In this document: in pieces, positions 1-12,572 of the stretch
Layout: every line of letters starts with the position of its first letter
Numbering within the stretch: position 1 is the first letter of the stretch
From: Neoconidiobolus thromboides FSU 785
Taxonomy: Eukaryota > Fungi > Entomophthoromycota
Direction of reading: 5' to 3'
Assembly (NCBI GenBank): GCA_025603075.1
Contig: MU626362.1
Coordinates: 11,508 to 75,507 of the forward strand
Length of the DNA: 64,000 bases
Notes under the pieces: generated by a model
What the model saw: the letters and a program-made list of their open reading frames with translations, nothing else
Databases searched by the model: none
Told to the model about the DNA's origin: nothing
Program-made: the position numbers and the translations under genes

Positions 1-1934
1 TATTCCTAATTAAATGGATGACGAAATGACTCAACCTAAAGATATTTAATTAACTCCTGCGGAGTAATCGAAAAATAGGATTAAGTTAATGCCATGTTTA
101 GTCCAATGGCGCAATCCATTTTTTTCGATTTGCTCATTAAAGATACTTACAGATGTCATCTTTCTCAATGACATCAATTTGAAGTTAATTTATTTCTGAA
201 AAACAATTGAGATAGTCAAACTATAAACTGTAAGTTTTTCATATAAATAATAAGTTGAATATTAACATTGATCCTCAACTATAATAGCTTCATTAGATTT
301 TTCAAGAATTAAAGAAATAGTATAATATATTTAAATTTAATAAAGCAATTTTAGAGATCTTAAAATCCAGAGACATAAAGGCTTTGTAATTTATTTTGTA
401 AATTTTGAGGTTTTAAAGCTTGAGATAATTTTAATTATAATAAGTCTTGCTATAAGTAATTAATAATTTGGTTACCAACACTTGCAAAAATATCGTTGTC
501 TAGCAAAACATCATTGTTAAACATGATACTTTTTTAAACTTGTTTAATTACTTGGATCCAGATTTTTCAAAAAAAGACTATAATCCTAGTAAATATAATT
601 TTTTATCTAATTAGAGTTATATTTGATGAATATATTCGCCAATTTCAAGATTATATAAAAAAAGTTATGACGCGCATACTCATCAAATGCACTCAAATAG
701 TCAATTTGAATTCCCATTAAACGAAAATTTTGTCACATAATTTACTACTTTTAAATTATTTAAACTCTTAAAAGTTCGTTATGTAAACTAACACTATTGT
801 TTTTTCGATCAATCAGAGAATCCACTCTTAATTATCAGCTTTAAAATGTAGTATGCTTTAAAATATAAATGTAAGTATTACCTTATGAATGATAAAGTGG
901 CGACACATGAATCAATATTAATTTTCCTTACTTGAACCCAAGCCAGTATCCATTTTTATGCCATTATTTTACATAAAACAACCTCTATGACTATAAGAAT
1001 GTCTTCCTACTTTTACTATGTGTGCTTATATTGAACAGAAAGATCAGATCACTCTCAGTGAATCTCATAAAATTTATGTCATAGTTAAATTGTCGAAAAC
1101 TATGCTATATAGCCCATCCATGTATCTTTGAGTTTTTATATATCATAGGCTCATATCACTATAACCATTTCAAAAAAATCCAGCAAGGCGCAAATTTAAG
1201 CCCAAACCTTGTTAGTTCTTATCCCTTTACTCTTTTCTTAAAATACAACATTACACTGTTTTATTGATCTTTATCTAGTTTTCTAGTAATGTCAATTAGA
1301 ATAATAAGTCAAATCCTGATTTAATCAGTTAAATCTCAAGTTTCGAAGGCTTCAATATTTCTTTATAGCTCCGTTTATATACTCGAAAATTTTATTATGT
1401 TTCCTTTTAAATCCTTTCATTATATTTATTATCCATCAAATCTTTACTTGAAGATCATTAAATCCTCATTTCAAAAACCTTTTTAACCCACATTACTATT
1501 CCTGAAAGATAATCCGACTAAGTATATTATAATCCAAGCCTAACTCTAATTAGTGTATCCAATATAAATAATCTTTTATGAAGTAGTTATATAAAATTTT
1601 AAATTGTTCCATAATTTTGAAACTTTTTATGATAATCCAAATTCATGTCCATTAAACTAATCTTTTTCTTTCCATCCAGTTCATTTTATACTTCATTATA
1701 ATGATCCTATATTATCTATTATTAACCTTCAACCAAACTTATTCCATTTATAATTTTTCATATTCCTTCCTTCTTATCATTAACTTCATAAAATTGTATA
1801 AAATAATTCGTCAAATACCAATTTAAATTTAAAAAATATTATTCATTCAAAATAATAGCAAAGGGTTGCGATAATTGTGATCCTCTTGTTTCCAAAATAT
1901 AATGTTCCATTTAATCCGTTATCTTAATCCTATT

Positions 1935-3249
1935 TTATTCCAATGGACGTTGTCCAATTGGTGGACTCCTATCATTTCCTAATGGTGGTCCAATTGGCCC
2001 TCTTGGGGGCGTACGACGATCGTCGTGTCTTATAGGACTATGTGGCCCATTGTATCTACCTGGAGAACGAGGTCTTTCAAAACGACTAGGGGAACGTGGA
2101 GGCTCATATCTGCCTGGTGAGCGAGGTCTCTCGAAGCGACCAGGAGAACGCGGAGCCTCGTACCTACCTGGTGAGCGCATCCCTTCAAAACGTCCAGGTG
2201 AACGTGGACCACCGAATCTAGGTGGACTACGGCCATTTTCAAATCTTGGAGGGCTACGTCCATTCGCAAACCTTGGTGACCGTTCTGGGCGACGGGGTGA
2301 GCCAGAACGTTCACGACGAGGTGAGCGTCCTCTGAAGGGGGACCTCCCTCTTCTTGGTGAGCGCTCATGGCGTGGTGAGCGGTTAAACCGAGATGATCCC
2401 ATAAAAGGGGGGCGTTCATCTCTACGGAAGCCGCCACGTCCAAAATTATGAACAGGTGCCTAAAACCATAAGTTATCAATTCATGTAAGTATTGCATGTT
2501 TTTACTTCAATCATGTGAATACGATTACCGCCGAACTCTGCTCCTTGAAGTTTTTCGAGAACAGTCTTCATATCTCCGTAAGTATGGAACTCTAAAATAC
2601 TAAAAACCTTAATTATGTTTCTTTAAAAAGCTATTAAACCCAACCCTTCACCACGACGGTATTTATGAACATCAGCAAAGGAACACTCTGCTACAGGTCT
2701 CACAAAATCTTTGATATCCTAACAATTTTTAAACATCTTTTTTTTGTATTTGTCAGCTATCTTACTTGCCAACTTGAGCTGAAAGGAAGATTTTCGAGTA
2801 TGATTCTGTTTGGAGTGCGAACAGGAGGTCCACGTCCACTAAACATTGATAAGAAAATTTCATTATAAAGCAAGTGAAACTTACTCGCGTCTTCTTTCAT
2901 TGATGGGAAATCTCTCCCTTTCGCGCTCTCTACGAGTTCTAGCATGCTCAACGATCATTCTAAGCTACATTAGCGTTTATTTGTTATATTGCTGAGTATG
3001 AATCACCTTTCCCCAAAAAAATCAGAGCCATTGAGCTCGCGAATACAATCATCAGCATCTTTAAAATGGTTGAATTCCTAAATTAAAAATACTAAGGATT
3101 TAAATATTAAATAGAGTCAAATCTAATACCACGAAGCCGAAGCCGTCACGAACGTATATATCGCGAACAGGTCCATAAGGACGAAGAAGCTTTTCAATAT
3201 CCTTCTCTTTAACGTCACGAGCCAAATGGCCAAAGAATAAACGAGACAT
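1935..3249 (-). CDS. SR-family splicing factor, two RRMs plus RSP-repeat tail (SRSF4/5/6- or Srp2-like), 7 exons
   Basis: Manual splicing gives MSRLFFGHLARDVKEKDIEKLL...GFGFVEF (RRM1), ...LPFSSSWQDIKDF (SWQDLKD motif of RRM2), then the Arg/Ser/Pro tail of ORF 1935..2402; six short GT-AG introns keep the frame. Confidence 0.9.
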
Positions 3250-3615
3250 TTCAGATAATTGAATCGTTAGTAAAAGTCTTAAAAGTAGTTTAATGCAGAT
3301 TTCTTACCTTCGCTTTTATCAAATTAAATCTTCCAATCAACTTAAGGTTAGGAGTAAATTTGATTCGTTTTTTATAATTTGTACCAACCATTAGTGTTGT
3401 TGAAATTTATTAATAAATTTAGAGTCTAAAATGTTTTACATTACTCTATAAATTAAACGTAGACTGAGCATTCTCGCTTTTGTGTCCAATAACTTTAATA
3501 GGTGAATTCTTTATTTCTAGATTCAACAAGGACAAAATTGAAAATGTCTAATCCATATTTAAACTACAATAATAGCGAAAATTTCATTGAAAAACAAATG
3601 AATAATGCTATTTTA

Positions 3616-3642
3616 AAAATAAAATAAAATAAAATAAAATAA
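3616..3642. repeat. (AAAAT)n microsatellite
   Basis: About 5 direct pentamer units read in the sequence. Confidence 0.8.
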
Positions 3643-3774
3643 TACTTGGGTTTAGGCACAAGGCTTTCTCATATCTTATGTCCAAATTTTTGTAGCTTTT
3701 AGATGTTGGGGGTAGCTGATTGCAACGGTAAATATTACCTTTTGCAAAGTGACTAATGATATTTAACAAAATAT

Positions 3775-3868
3775 GAGGATGTTTTTTTGGTTTCATCACT
3801 TTTTCTATCTTTTAAGCGCTACTTGAGTCGAAAGATCGTTAGTAAAGTTAAACAAAAAATATATCCCT
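3775..3868 (-). mobile_element. MITE copy 1 (reverse orientation)
   Basis: ATAT|GAGGATG...ATATCCCT|ATAT; central AAGCGCTA; matches family consensus. Confidence 0.85.
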
Positions 3869-3995
3869 ATATATGTTCCAATCAAAAAATATCAATTGAG
3901 CTAAAGATAGTTGTATAGCTGCTAAAGTTCCGATGTATGCTATTCGATTTTTTATCTAAAAATAAAATCTTAGGCCTCAAGTCAATAATTCATAT

Positions 3996-4093
3996 GAAGA
4001 TATATTTTTGTATTTGAGAATTTTACTAACAATTTTTCCACTCAAATAGCGCTTAAAAGATAGAAAAAAATAATGAACCCAAAAAACATCCCC
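3996..4093 (+). mobile_element. MITE copy 2
   Basis: ATAT|GAAGATA...TTTACTAAC...AATAGCGCTTAAAA...ACATCCCC|ATAT. Confidence 0.9.
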
Positions 4094-5116
4094 ATATGAT
4101 GACTTAATCATTTATTAATAAAAATCATTGTTAAATAGTCGTCTCTTTATTTATAAACTACTTTCATTCTAAAGCATAAAAAGTTGCTTAAAAAATTTAA
4201 AGCTATAGTTTTTATCATAATAAATAACGCCACTTTTTTTCTGCATAAATTGGATAAAACATGAGAAAACCTTATAGATTAAAAAGTTTGATGAGAGGCA
4301 ACACTAATCCAGCATGGTTTCTAGTGTTTTACTAAAACTTTAATAAAAAAAAGTAATAAAATAATATTAAAAAAATTAAAAATTAAATGATCAATAAAGA
4401 ACATTTGTTAGTATAAATAAAACTAAAAAGCAAAACTGTTTTGCACATATGTTAACTTATTATATAATTTATTTTTAAAAATTTAATGATAGCTAAAGTT
4501 TGATAAAAAATGTCTTTAATTTTTTATTTTCAGCTAATTTAAAACAAAAATACTTAAAAATTACATTAAATATATATTTTATTATAATGAAAATTTTATA
4601 GAATATTAATCTTAAGTTAAAATAAAAGAATAAATTTTTAAAAAAATATACTTTTAATTTTGTATTTATTATTAAGCTATCAAACAAAATTGAGTTTGAT
4701 TTAACTTTAACTAGATAAAAATAGTAAGGTTTTATAAACTAAGTTTTTTAGATTATTATTATTTAATGTTTAATTAATATAAAAGCTTCAATAATTTATT
4801 ATATGATGAATTATTACATGCATAAATAGCTTTATTTTTCAATTTTATTTATATTACTAAACATTTTTTTTCACTATTTAGTTTTGAAGTATTTAATATA
4901 ATTTTTACTTTTTATAGCTCAACTTTCTATAATTACTCACAAGCTCAAAAATATGGTCAATCATTTTAAAAATAATTTATAGATACAGCACTGTTACTTT
5001 TTTATTTAAGTATTAAATTACAAAGGTTTTTCTACAACAAACGGCATCTTCAGTAAATAAGTGATAGTAAGACATCATACAAAAAACAAAATTAATTTAG
5101 CCATTAAACAATATAC

Positions 5117-5206
5117 AAGAATATATTTTTTTGCTTAATAATTTTACTAATAATTTTTCTATTTAGTATTTAAAAAACAAAAAAGTGAAGTCAAAAAAAC
5201 ACACCT
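5117..5206 (+). mobile_element. Degenerate MITE copy
   Basis: ATTTTACTAATAATTTTTCT...AAAAGTGAAGTCAAAAAAACACACCT|ATAT resembles the consensus; left end eroded. Confidence 0.5.
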
Positions 5207-5860
5207 ATATAATAGCAGAATTTTTGGCTTAAAATAATAAAGTATGCCTTCCTTACTAAATAAATTTTTATGTATGAATTTAGACGTCCATTCATTTAAT
5301 TCCAGTACAGTATAAAAGATCATCATTAACTTATATTAAATTTCTTAGCCTTTAATCATATTTGGACTTTTTTCAAGGATATGATTAAAACGCAATCTTT
5401 TGTCCGACAGTGTTATAGTAAAGCTAGTTTTAGACACTATCTGTTTTGGATATTTTACTTGTAGTAAGGAAATAAATAAACTATCTTATAGTTTCTTTTA
5501 GCCAAGTTATTTCTGCACAGGTTTTTAAGGCTAGTCTAATTTGAGCTTTATGGCAAAAATTAGAATTAGGTGGCAAATCAAAATTGGGCCAAATTTAATT
5601 TATTTGCCGTTTTAAAAAAAGTTATACTCAGTAAATTTGGAATTTTTATAATTAGAAATATAAAATGAAATTATTACATATTCAATGCTGATTTTCAAGT
5701 CAGTAAAAGTAAAGGTTGAAATAATCCCAAAGAGTATATAACCCAAAGATGTATAGTTGAATTTGAGTTAAAAATTGAATATTTATTGTGATTCCTATAA
5801 ATTTTTGATCGTTTGTAAATTTTAATTTTTGTTCGAAGAAACAGTATATTAGTATCTTAA

Positions 5861-8800
5861 ATGAAAGTTGGGTCAGGAGAAAAAGTAAAGCAGGTGGAAA
5901 TAAGTGAGCATTTATTATCTTTTGAAGATGTCTGCTCCAAGTATGGAACTGGCGTTAATCCTAACAAGCCTTAGGAAAGTCAAGGCTTAACTCCGGAAAA
6001 AGTTCAAGAAGCCAAAGAAGCTTATGGTCTTAATACGCTAACTCTAGCTAAAGGCAAACGCCCAATAGTTCGTTTTTTAGAATGTTTAGGCAATCTCTTT
6101 AATATACTATTGATATTAGCCGGAATTTTGACCTTTATTATTTTTGGTATTGATCCTGTAGGCAACTTCTCTTCATCTTATATCGGCGCCATTCTTATTA
6201 GGATATCAATACTCAATACTTTTATTGAATTTATTCAACTTCAAAAATCTGCAAATGCATTATAATCCTTTCTTAATATGATCCCTCAGCAATGTCGTAC
6301 AGTACGTGACGGGTCATTAACTCAGATTCTTGACTCAGAGTTGGTTCCAGGTGATGTAGTATTCGTTCGTATGGGTGATAAAATTCCAGCTGATCTTTAT
6401 CTATTTCAAGCATCCAATATGAAAGTTGATAACTCTTCGCTTACTGGAGAATGTGAGCCCCAATCACGTACTATTGAAAACAAAATGAAAAATCCACTTG
6501 AAGCAACTAATTTGGGGTTTAATGGGACTTTGGTGGTTTCAGGAGAAGGCTATGGTATCATTATCAAAACCGGAGATTCTACTGTATTGGGACAGATTGC
6601 TGGTTTAACTGCAAATGAAAATAAAAATGAATCTCTGCTCTCAGTAGAAGTTGACATTTTTGTCAAAATTGTTGCTACAATAGCTTGTATTACTGGCATT
6701 ATCTTCTTTTTCTTAGGCTTTGGTACTGGTATGAAAATCAAAGATTACCTTACTTTTGCTGTTGGAGTTTTTGTTGGATGGGTTCCAGAAGGTCTCCTAG
6801 CTACCTTGAAAATGTTATTAACATTTACTGCTGAGCGTATGGCCAAAAGAAACGTACTAGTAAAGGACCTCCAAAGCGTAGAAACTTTGGGTGCTATCAC
6901 CCTCCTTGCAACTGATAAAACAGGGACTCTTACACGCAACAAAATGACAGTAGCTGGCCTTTGGACTTCTGGAAAACTTTACTCTACATCACAAAACGCT
7001 GGGAGTTTAGGAATCCCTATTCAACTTGACTCACCTGGTATTAAAGAAATCATATTAAACACTTCATTAAATTCTAGAGCTATATTTGATTGTACTGATG
7101 CTCCAATTAGTAAAAGAGAAATCATTGGTGACGCTACTGAATCCGGTCTTATTCGCTTTGCTGCACAAAATCACTCTGATTTTGATGGTCTCCAAACTAA
7201 ATACTCATGTGTATTTGATGTCCTATTCAATTTGGATAACAAATGGGCAATGAATATTAGCCAGTTTCCCCATAGCAATGGTGACCTCATTCTTTACTTA
7301 AAAGGTGCACCAGGAAGAATACTACATCTTTGTTCAACTATATTAATTGACAGGCAGCCTATATCACTTACTAAAGAACATCAAACACAATTTCAAGAAA
7401 TTTATGAGCTTATGGCTAGTAGGGGGTATCGTGTATTTGCCTTTGCCCAACTATTGTTATCAAGAGATCAATTTCCTAAAGATTTTATATTCAATAAGAA
7501 GCTTAATAACTATCCAACAACTGAATTAACCTTCGTTGGTCTCACTTCATTAGAGGATCCCCCAAAGCATGGTGTACGCAAAGCTATTGTTATGTGCAGA
7601 GCAGCAGGCATCCGTGTAATGATGGCAACTGGTGATCGTCCACTTACTGCTGAATCTATAGGGCGTAAAGTTAATCTGATAATTTCAGATACTAAACAAA
7701 TGGTCGCCAAGAAAACTGGACGCCCAATTGAATCTATTGGGGAAGATGAATATGATGCTGTTGTTGTTCATGGTGAACAAATTGATAGATTAAATAGCCA
7801 AGATTGGGATAATATTTTTGCCAAAAATGAAATCATATTTGCTCGTACGTCTCCACGCCATAAACTTGAAATCGTTAAACGTGCTCAATCTATGGGTCAT
7901 ATTGTAGGAGTTACTGGTGATGGTGTTAATGATTCACCAGCTTTAAAGAAAGCAGATCTTGGTATTGCAATAAATAAATCCGGCTCAGATGTATCTAAAG
8001 AAGCTGCAGCAATGATTTTACTTGATGATAATTTTGGATCTACAATACATGGGATAGAGGAAGGTCGTCTTATTTTTTCCAACCTTAAAAAAAGCATCCA
8101 TTATACAATTTCACATACCCTATCAGAAATGATCCCACAACTAATTTATGTTGTTGTACCTACACCACTTCTCATTGGTCCTTTACAGATCCTCTCAATT
8201 GATCTTGGCTTTGAGATTTGTGTTGCATTAACTTTTGCATGGGAGAAGCCTGAGACAAAAACAGGCCTAATAAAGCTCCAGCACCGCAAACCAGTAGCCA
8301 ACAAATCAATATAAAGGTTTCCCCGTATAAAGTAAAACCAACTTCAATCTGCTATTGATCCAGGAACTGGGGAAGAAAAACAGCCTTCCACATTTAAAAA
8401 AGTAGTCTATTCCTTTTTAAGAATGTTTACTAAAGCTTTTTGGGTTGAATTCTTTGAAAAAACAGAAGATGAATTAGGTATTGACTCGAATTTATTGTCG
8501 TGGTCTTATCTTGAAGCCAGGTCAATTGAAACTTTTGGGGCTGCTATTAATTCTTTCTTTGTATTGGGTTGTTATGGTATCTCATTTTATGACTCCATCA
8601 GCTTATAAAGAGCTCAGGCATTTTTAACGATGCCGGATATGGATACCATATTTACTGTTAGCTCTGGTGTTACTTATACACGATCTGAACTTTTACAATA
8701 TTTATCACAGTTTCAAATTTGCTATACAATATCTGTCATGGTAATACAAGCATTCAATTTATTTTGCTGCAAGTCTAGTCTAACTTATCCTTTTGGAAAA

Positions 8801-9186
8801 CACGTATTTAGTAATTGCCATAATTTTATTGGTCTAGTACTTGGATTTGTTCTTATTTTATTTATTATATGGGAGTGTTTTTTTTGGCTTCATTACTTTT
8901 TCCATCTTAAACGCTATTTGAATGGAAAAATTATTAGTAAAATTCTTAAATACAAAAATACATCACCATATACTGTCCGGGGATAAACCATGTCTTTGGA
9001 TTTTCATACAAGTTTCCCTTGCAATTCATAGTTGGATCTTTGATTACCGGGGTTGTATTGTTACTTTATTCTATAACAAGATTCTTTTTGTTTAAACGCT
9101 TTAGCACAATAAAATACAATCCAGATATTGAAGGCTTAGTGATGCACCCAACTGTACATACCATGTATTCAAGTGCAGAACCCTGA
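5861..9186 (+). pseudogene. P-type ATPase type IIC (Na+/K+-ATPase alpha-like) pseudogene, intronless
   Basis: One frame from ATG 5861 with DNSSLTGE, VPEGL, DKTGTLT, TGDGVNDSPALKKAD. Premature stops at 5972 (TAG), 6263, 8312, 8333, 8606 (TAA). MITE inserted at 8871-8967. After it the frame resumes IYCPGINHVFG...NPDIEGLVMHPT...TGA 9184. Confidence 0.9.
8871..8967 (-). mobile_element. MITE copy 3, inserted in ATPase pseudogene
   Basis: ATAT|GGGAGTG...ACATCACC|ATAT; removing element plus one ATAT restores ATT ATA TAC TGT CCG (I-I-Y-C-P). Confidence 0.95.
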
Positions 9187-9935
9187 TGCCTTATTTAATT
9201 TGCCTTTTTTAATATTATAAAAAATACAGTCTCTACTTGCGTATATGCTCTTAATAAAACTTTGTATATTTGCTAATATGTCAAAATATGTCAAAATAGC
9301 CTTTTTATAATTTACCCTGCTTTATTTTCACTTTAACGATTACAGGCTAGTTTTTAAAAGTAATAAATTTTAAAAGTTTTTTAGATAGTTATATTTATTT
9401 TAATTGTCATAGTCCTATAACATAATAGTCATTTGGGAAGAATCTAAAAGAGTATCAAAGGCCAGATGTTAAATATTAGTATATCTATATACTAATGCCT
9501 ATAATTTTAAATTATAAATAAATTTTATTTTTTTATACTTTTGATGGTCTAAATAAAATGTTTCGATCTGCTCTATGTTTATACTTATGTTTTCTTCTAA
9601 CTATTAGTACTCTCTATAAGAATCCTTAAATTACAAATGCTATATTTTAAAATACTTTTGTTAAAAATCACACTTAAAGGTAGCAACTTCAATTAGTTCA
9701 AGATTGTAATTTTCAAAATATCTATAACATATAATAGATTTATTTGAAATGAATAATAAGGTAAAGATAAAAACAATGTCATATAATCCCTACTTATATA
9801 AATGTGGAATTTGAATAAGATACTCATAAATTGACGTTATTAAATACTCAACTATATAATAAACTAACATAAAATTGTAATTATAATCAAAACAAAAATA
9901 ATGTATTTATAACTAAAAATGGCCATTAAAAAGGA

Positions 9936-11796
9936 TTAATTATCCTTGTCAGTGTTAGAAATTCCTGGGCCAGTATTGGCTAAAGAACCAGCAAGAGACA
10001 TAACTCCACCATCGCCATCAAAAGTGAACCCTTCAAATTGTTTTTGTAAAGTAGCTGAGAGTGCTGAATCTTCGACAACTGAATCAAGTGCAGGTTCAGA
10101 AGTAAATTCGTCATCAAAATTAGAAGTATCCGAGGAAGATGCCACTGAAGGTTTAAATGGTGGCTGGTAACGTTTAGCCAACAACTTGCCCCAATCAATC
10201 TCAGCAAAGAAGGGATGAGCTTTAATCTCTTGTGCACCTCGGTTACCCAGTCTCTGATTAGGATCTCTATTAAGCAAACCACGTAACAATGACCTTGCTC
10301 TTACTGATACATCGTCTGGAAATGTTAATTCTTCTTCTAAAATACGACGGTACATTTCATTAGTGTTTTCATCATAAAATGGAGGCAATCCAGTTAACAT
10401 TTCATATAATAATACTCCTAACGTCCACCAATCAACAGTCTTTGTATACCCCTGACCATATAGTAGCTCAGGTGCTAAATATTCTGGAGTACCACAAAAT
10501 GTATTAGTGGTGGTATTATCTACCATATTTAATTTACATAATCCAAAATCACATAAAGCAATATGTCCAGTACAATCTAATAATATATTCTCTGGTTTTA
10601 AATCTCTATAAATAATATTGTAGCCATGTAAGCACTCTAATGCAGCCAACAACTCGGCAATATAAAACCTAGCACGATTTTCATCAAATTTTCCTTCTTG
10701 TTGAAGATGATAAAATAATTCTCCTCCATTAATGAACGCTAATACTAAATACAACTTTTCTTTGGTTTGGAATGAGAATTTTAAAGGTACAATAAATGGA
10801 TGGTTGATTTTTGCTAATACCATTCTCTCTGCTAAAGTATGAGTTACTTCCGAGCGAGATATTATTTTGCTTTTATTTAGTATTTTCATTGCATAAATCC
10901 TATTAGTATCCCTTTTTCTAACTTGCATCACCTAATTTGGTATTAATTTGTAATTTTTTTTGAGTATAAAACTACCTTTCCAAAACTTCCTTTTCCAATC
11001 ACTTTAAGTAAATCAAATTGGTCGATAGAAAGATCAGCAGACTATATATTTAATAAGAAAAATAAAGCCAATGTTAAAATTTTAAATTACTTCTTGCTTT
11101 TTGTAACAAGTTTGGATACGGATGCTTCCCTTATGTTGATTTAATGTATACCATTCATCAATCATTTTCTATTTGAAAATAATTAAACACTTATGTTAAA
11201 TAAAAATAGTAATTACTTGGTTTGAAAAATCAGGAGAAACACTGACAGATCCAATAAACTCAGAGCCATCGCCACTATCACTTTTACCATCGCCAGATGT
11301 GTTGTCTTTGGATTCAACATTACGAACATAAATTGATATGTTCAATTCACTTTCTCTAGAAACATCACTAAAATAGATTTGTATTTCTAGAACCATGACT
11401 TCATATATATAATAAAACTTACAAATGAGCTCTATATTTCCAGACCGGTGAATCTAAATCTCCGCCTAAAGCATCAACTATCAGCTGATTTTTATCAAAT
11501 TCAATTACAACATATGGTAAATGGCGATAAAATGAAGATCCTTTGCCCCCAGATTTACTACTTAAACCTAGGTCTTTAGCTTCTACGATACGGATCAACA
11601 AAAGATCTGCTTTAGGGGAATTAGGCAATGGTGAAGCACTAGTTGGCGGAGAATGCACTGGTTCTGTTTTATCTTGGTCATTTAAAGTAGATTTAGATTC
11701 TAAGAGAACAAAGTGAGAAATCGTTTTGAAGGTTCTAGTTAATTGCTGATATATAAAGATTTACTTACTTTTAGATAACAACTTGTTAAAGCTCAT
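9936..11796 (-). CDS. YPK1: AGC kinase Ypk1/Gad8 ortholog (C2 domain plus kinase), multi-exon
   Basis: C2-like exons (LLIRIVEAKDL...PYVVIEFDKNQ...PVWKYRAHFDVSR), GKGSFGKVMQVRKRDT, DFGLCKLNM, TFCGTPEYLAPE, hydrophobic motif FEGFTF. Confidence 0.92.
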
Positions 11797-12501
11797 TGTA
11801 ATTAGAACTTCGTTTGTAAAATTAAAAGCCACTTTTTCTCCACTTGATTATTTTCTAATATTATCCATCTCTAACCAATCATCTTATGCTATAGCTCATC
11901 AAATTTTTATTGCGAAATTTACTATTGGGTTAGCTTAAACTCAAGGTTTTTTTCTCCGGTTTTAATCTTTTGCAAAATCCCAAATTAACAACAAGCGCCA
12001 AGATAACTGATAGCTATAGTTTGTTAACTTTTTAGAATAGACTATATGATAATGCATCTATTTGTTACAATTCTTAAAGGGTAATTCTTTTAATTTCTAA
12101 TTTATATAAGAGTGCAAAATAATAAAGCAATTTATAATTCTCATATGGATTTTCCAACTTAAGTCTAAACTAAATGGAAAATTAAAATTTTACACTTTTT
12201 AAACTTACAAATTTATATGGATAAGTCTAAAAGCTTAGTAAAATAAAAGAATTTTTCGATTCGCTTTTTTTAATCATTTATTATGTAGCGTAAAATTTTG
12301 AAAAAAAGCTCCCAAAGCCAAAAAAACGTTTTAATATGAGCTAATCTAAATTAAGCAAAAAAACAAATATTTCTATAACACAATGTTTAAGTTGATTTTT
12401 GCTAAAAAAAACAAATTAGACAAAATTTGAACTCAACTTTTAAACTAATGCATATAATAATTTATTTTAAAATAAAGATTATATATCGGGATCTGAAGCA
12501 T

Positions 12502-12572
12502 GCAATGATGGTTTAGTGGTAAAATTGCCGCCTGCCACGCGGCAGCCCCGGGTTCGATTCCCGGTCATTGCA
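12502..12572 (+). tRNA. tRNA-Gly(GCC)
   Basis: 71 nt cloverleaf: GCAATGA/TCATTGC acceptor stem, GCCGC-CT-GCC-AC-GCGGC anticodon arm, GTTCGATTC T-loop, TTTT terminator. Confidence 0.95.

Noticed and set aside
1-1800. Decayed LRR-like or transposon-like coding remnants on the minus strand
   Set aside because: Only short protein-like fragments between many stops; no diagnostic motif
2030-2497. Overlapping ORFs 2030..2497(-) and 2050..2451(+)
   Set aside because: Shadow frames of the GC-richer repetitive SR tail
5972-8608. A-to-I stop-loss editing (TAG/TAA to Trp) as in Sordariomycetes
   Set aside because: Stop positions do not correspond to Trp in the family as I recall it, four of five are TAA, and other lesions coexist
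5861-8610. Genetic code reassignment (TAA/TAG = Gln) explaining the ATPase stops
   Set aside because: Many intact genes in the window (SR, YPK1, CLPB, MAPK, CAND1, RPL43, NCB2) terminate at TAA exactly where their families end, and the ATPase also has a MITE insertion and damaged conserved residues
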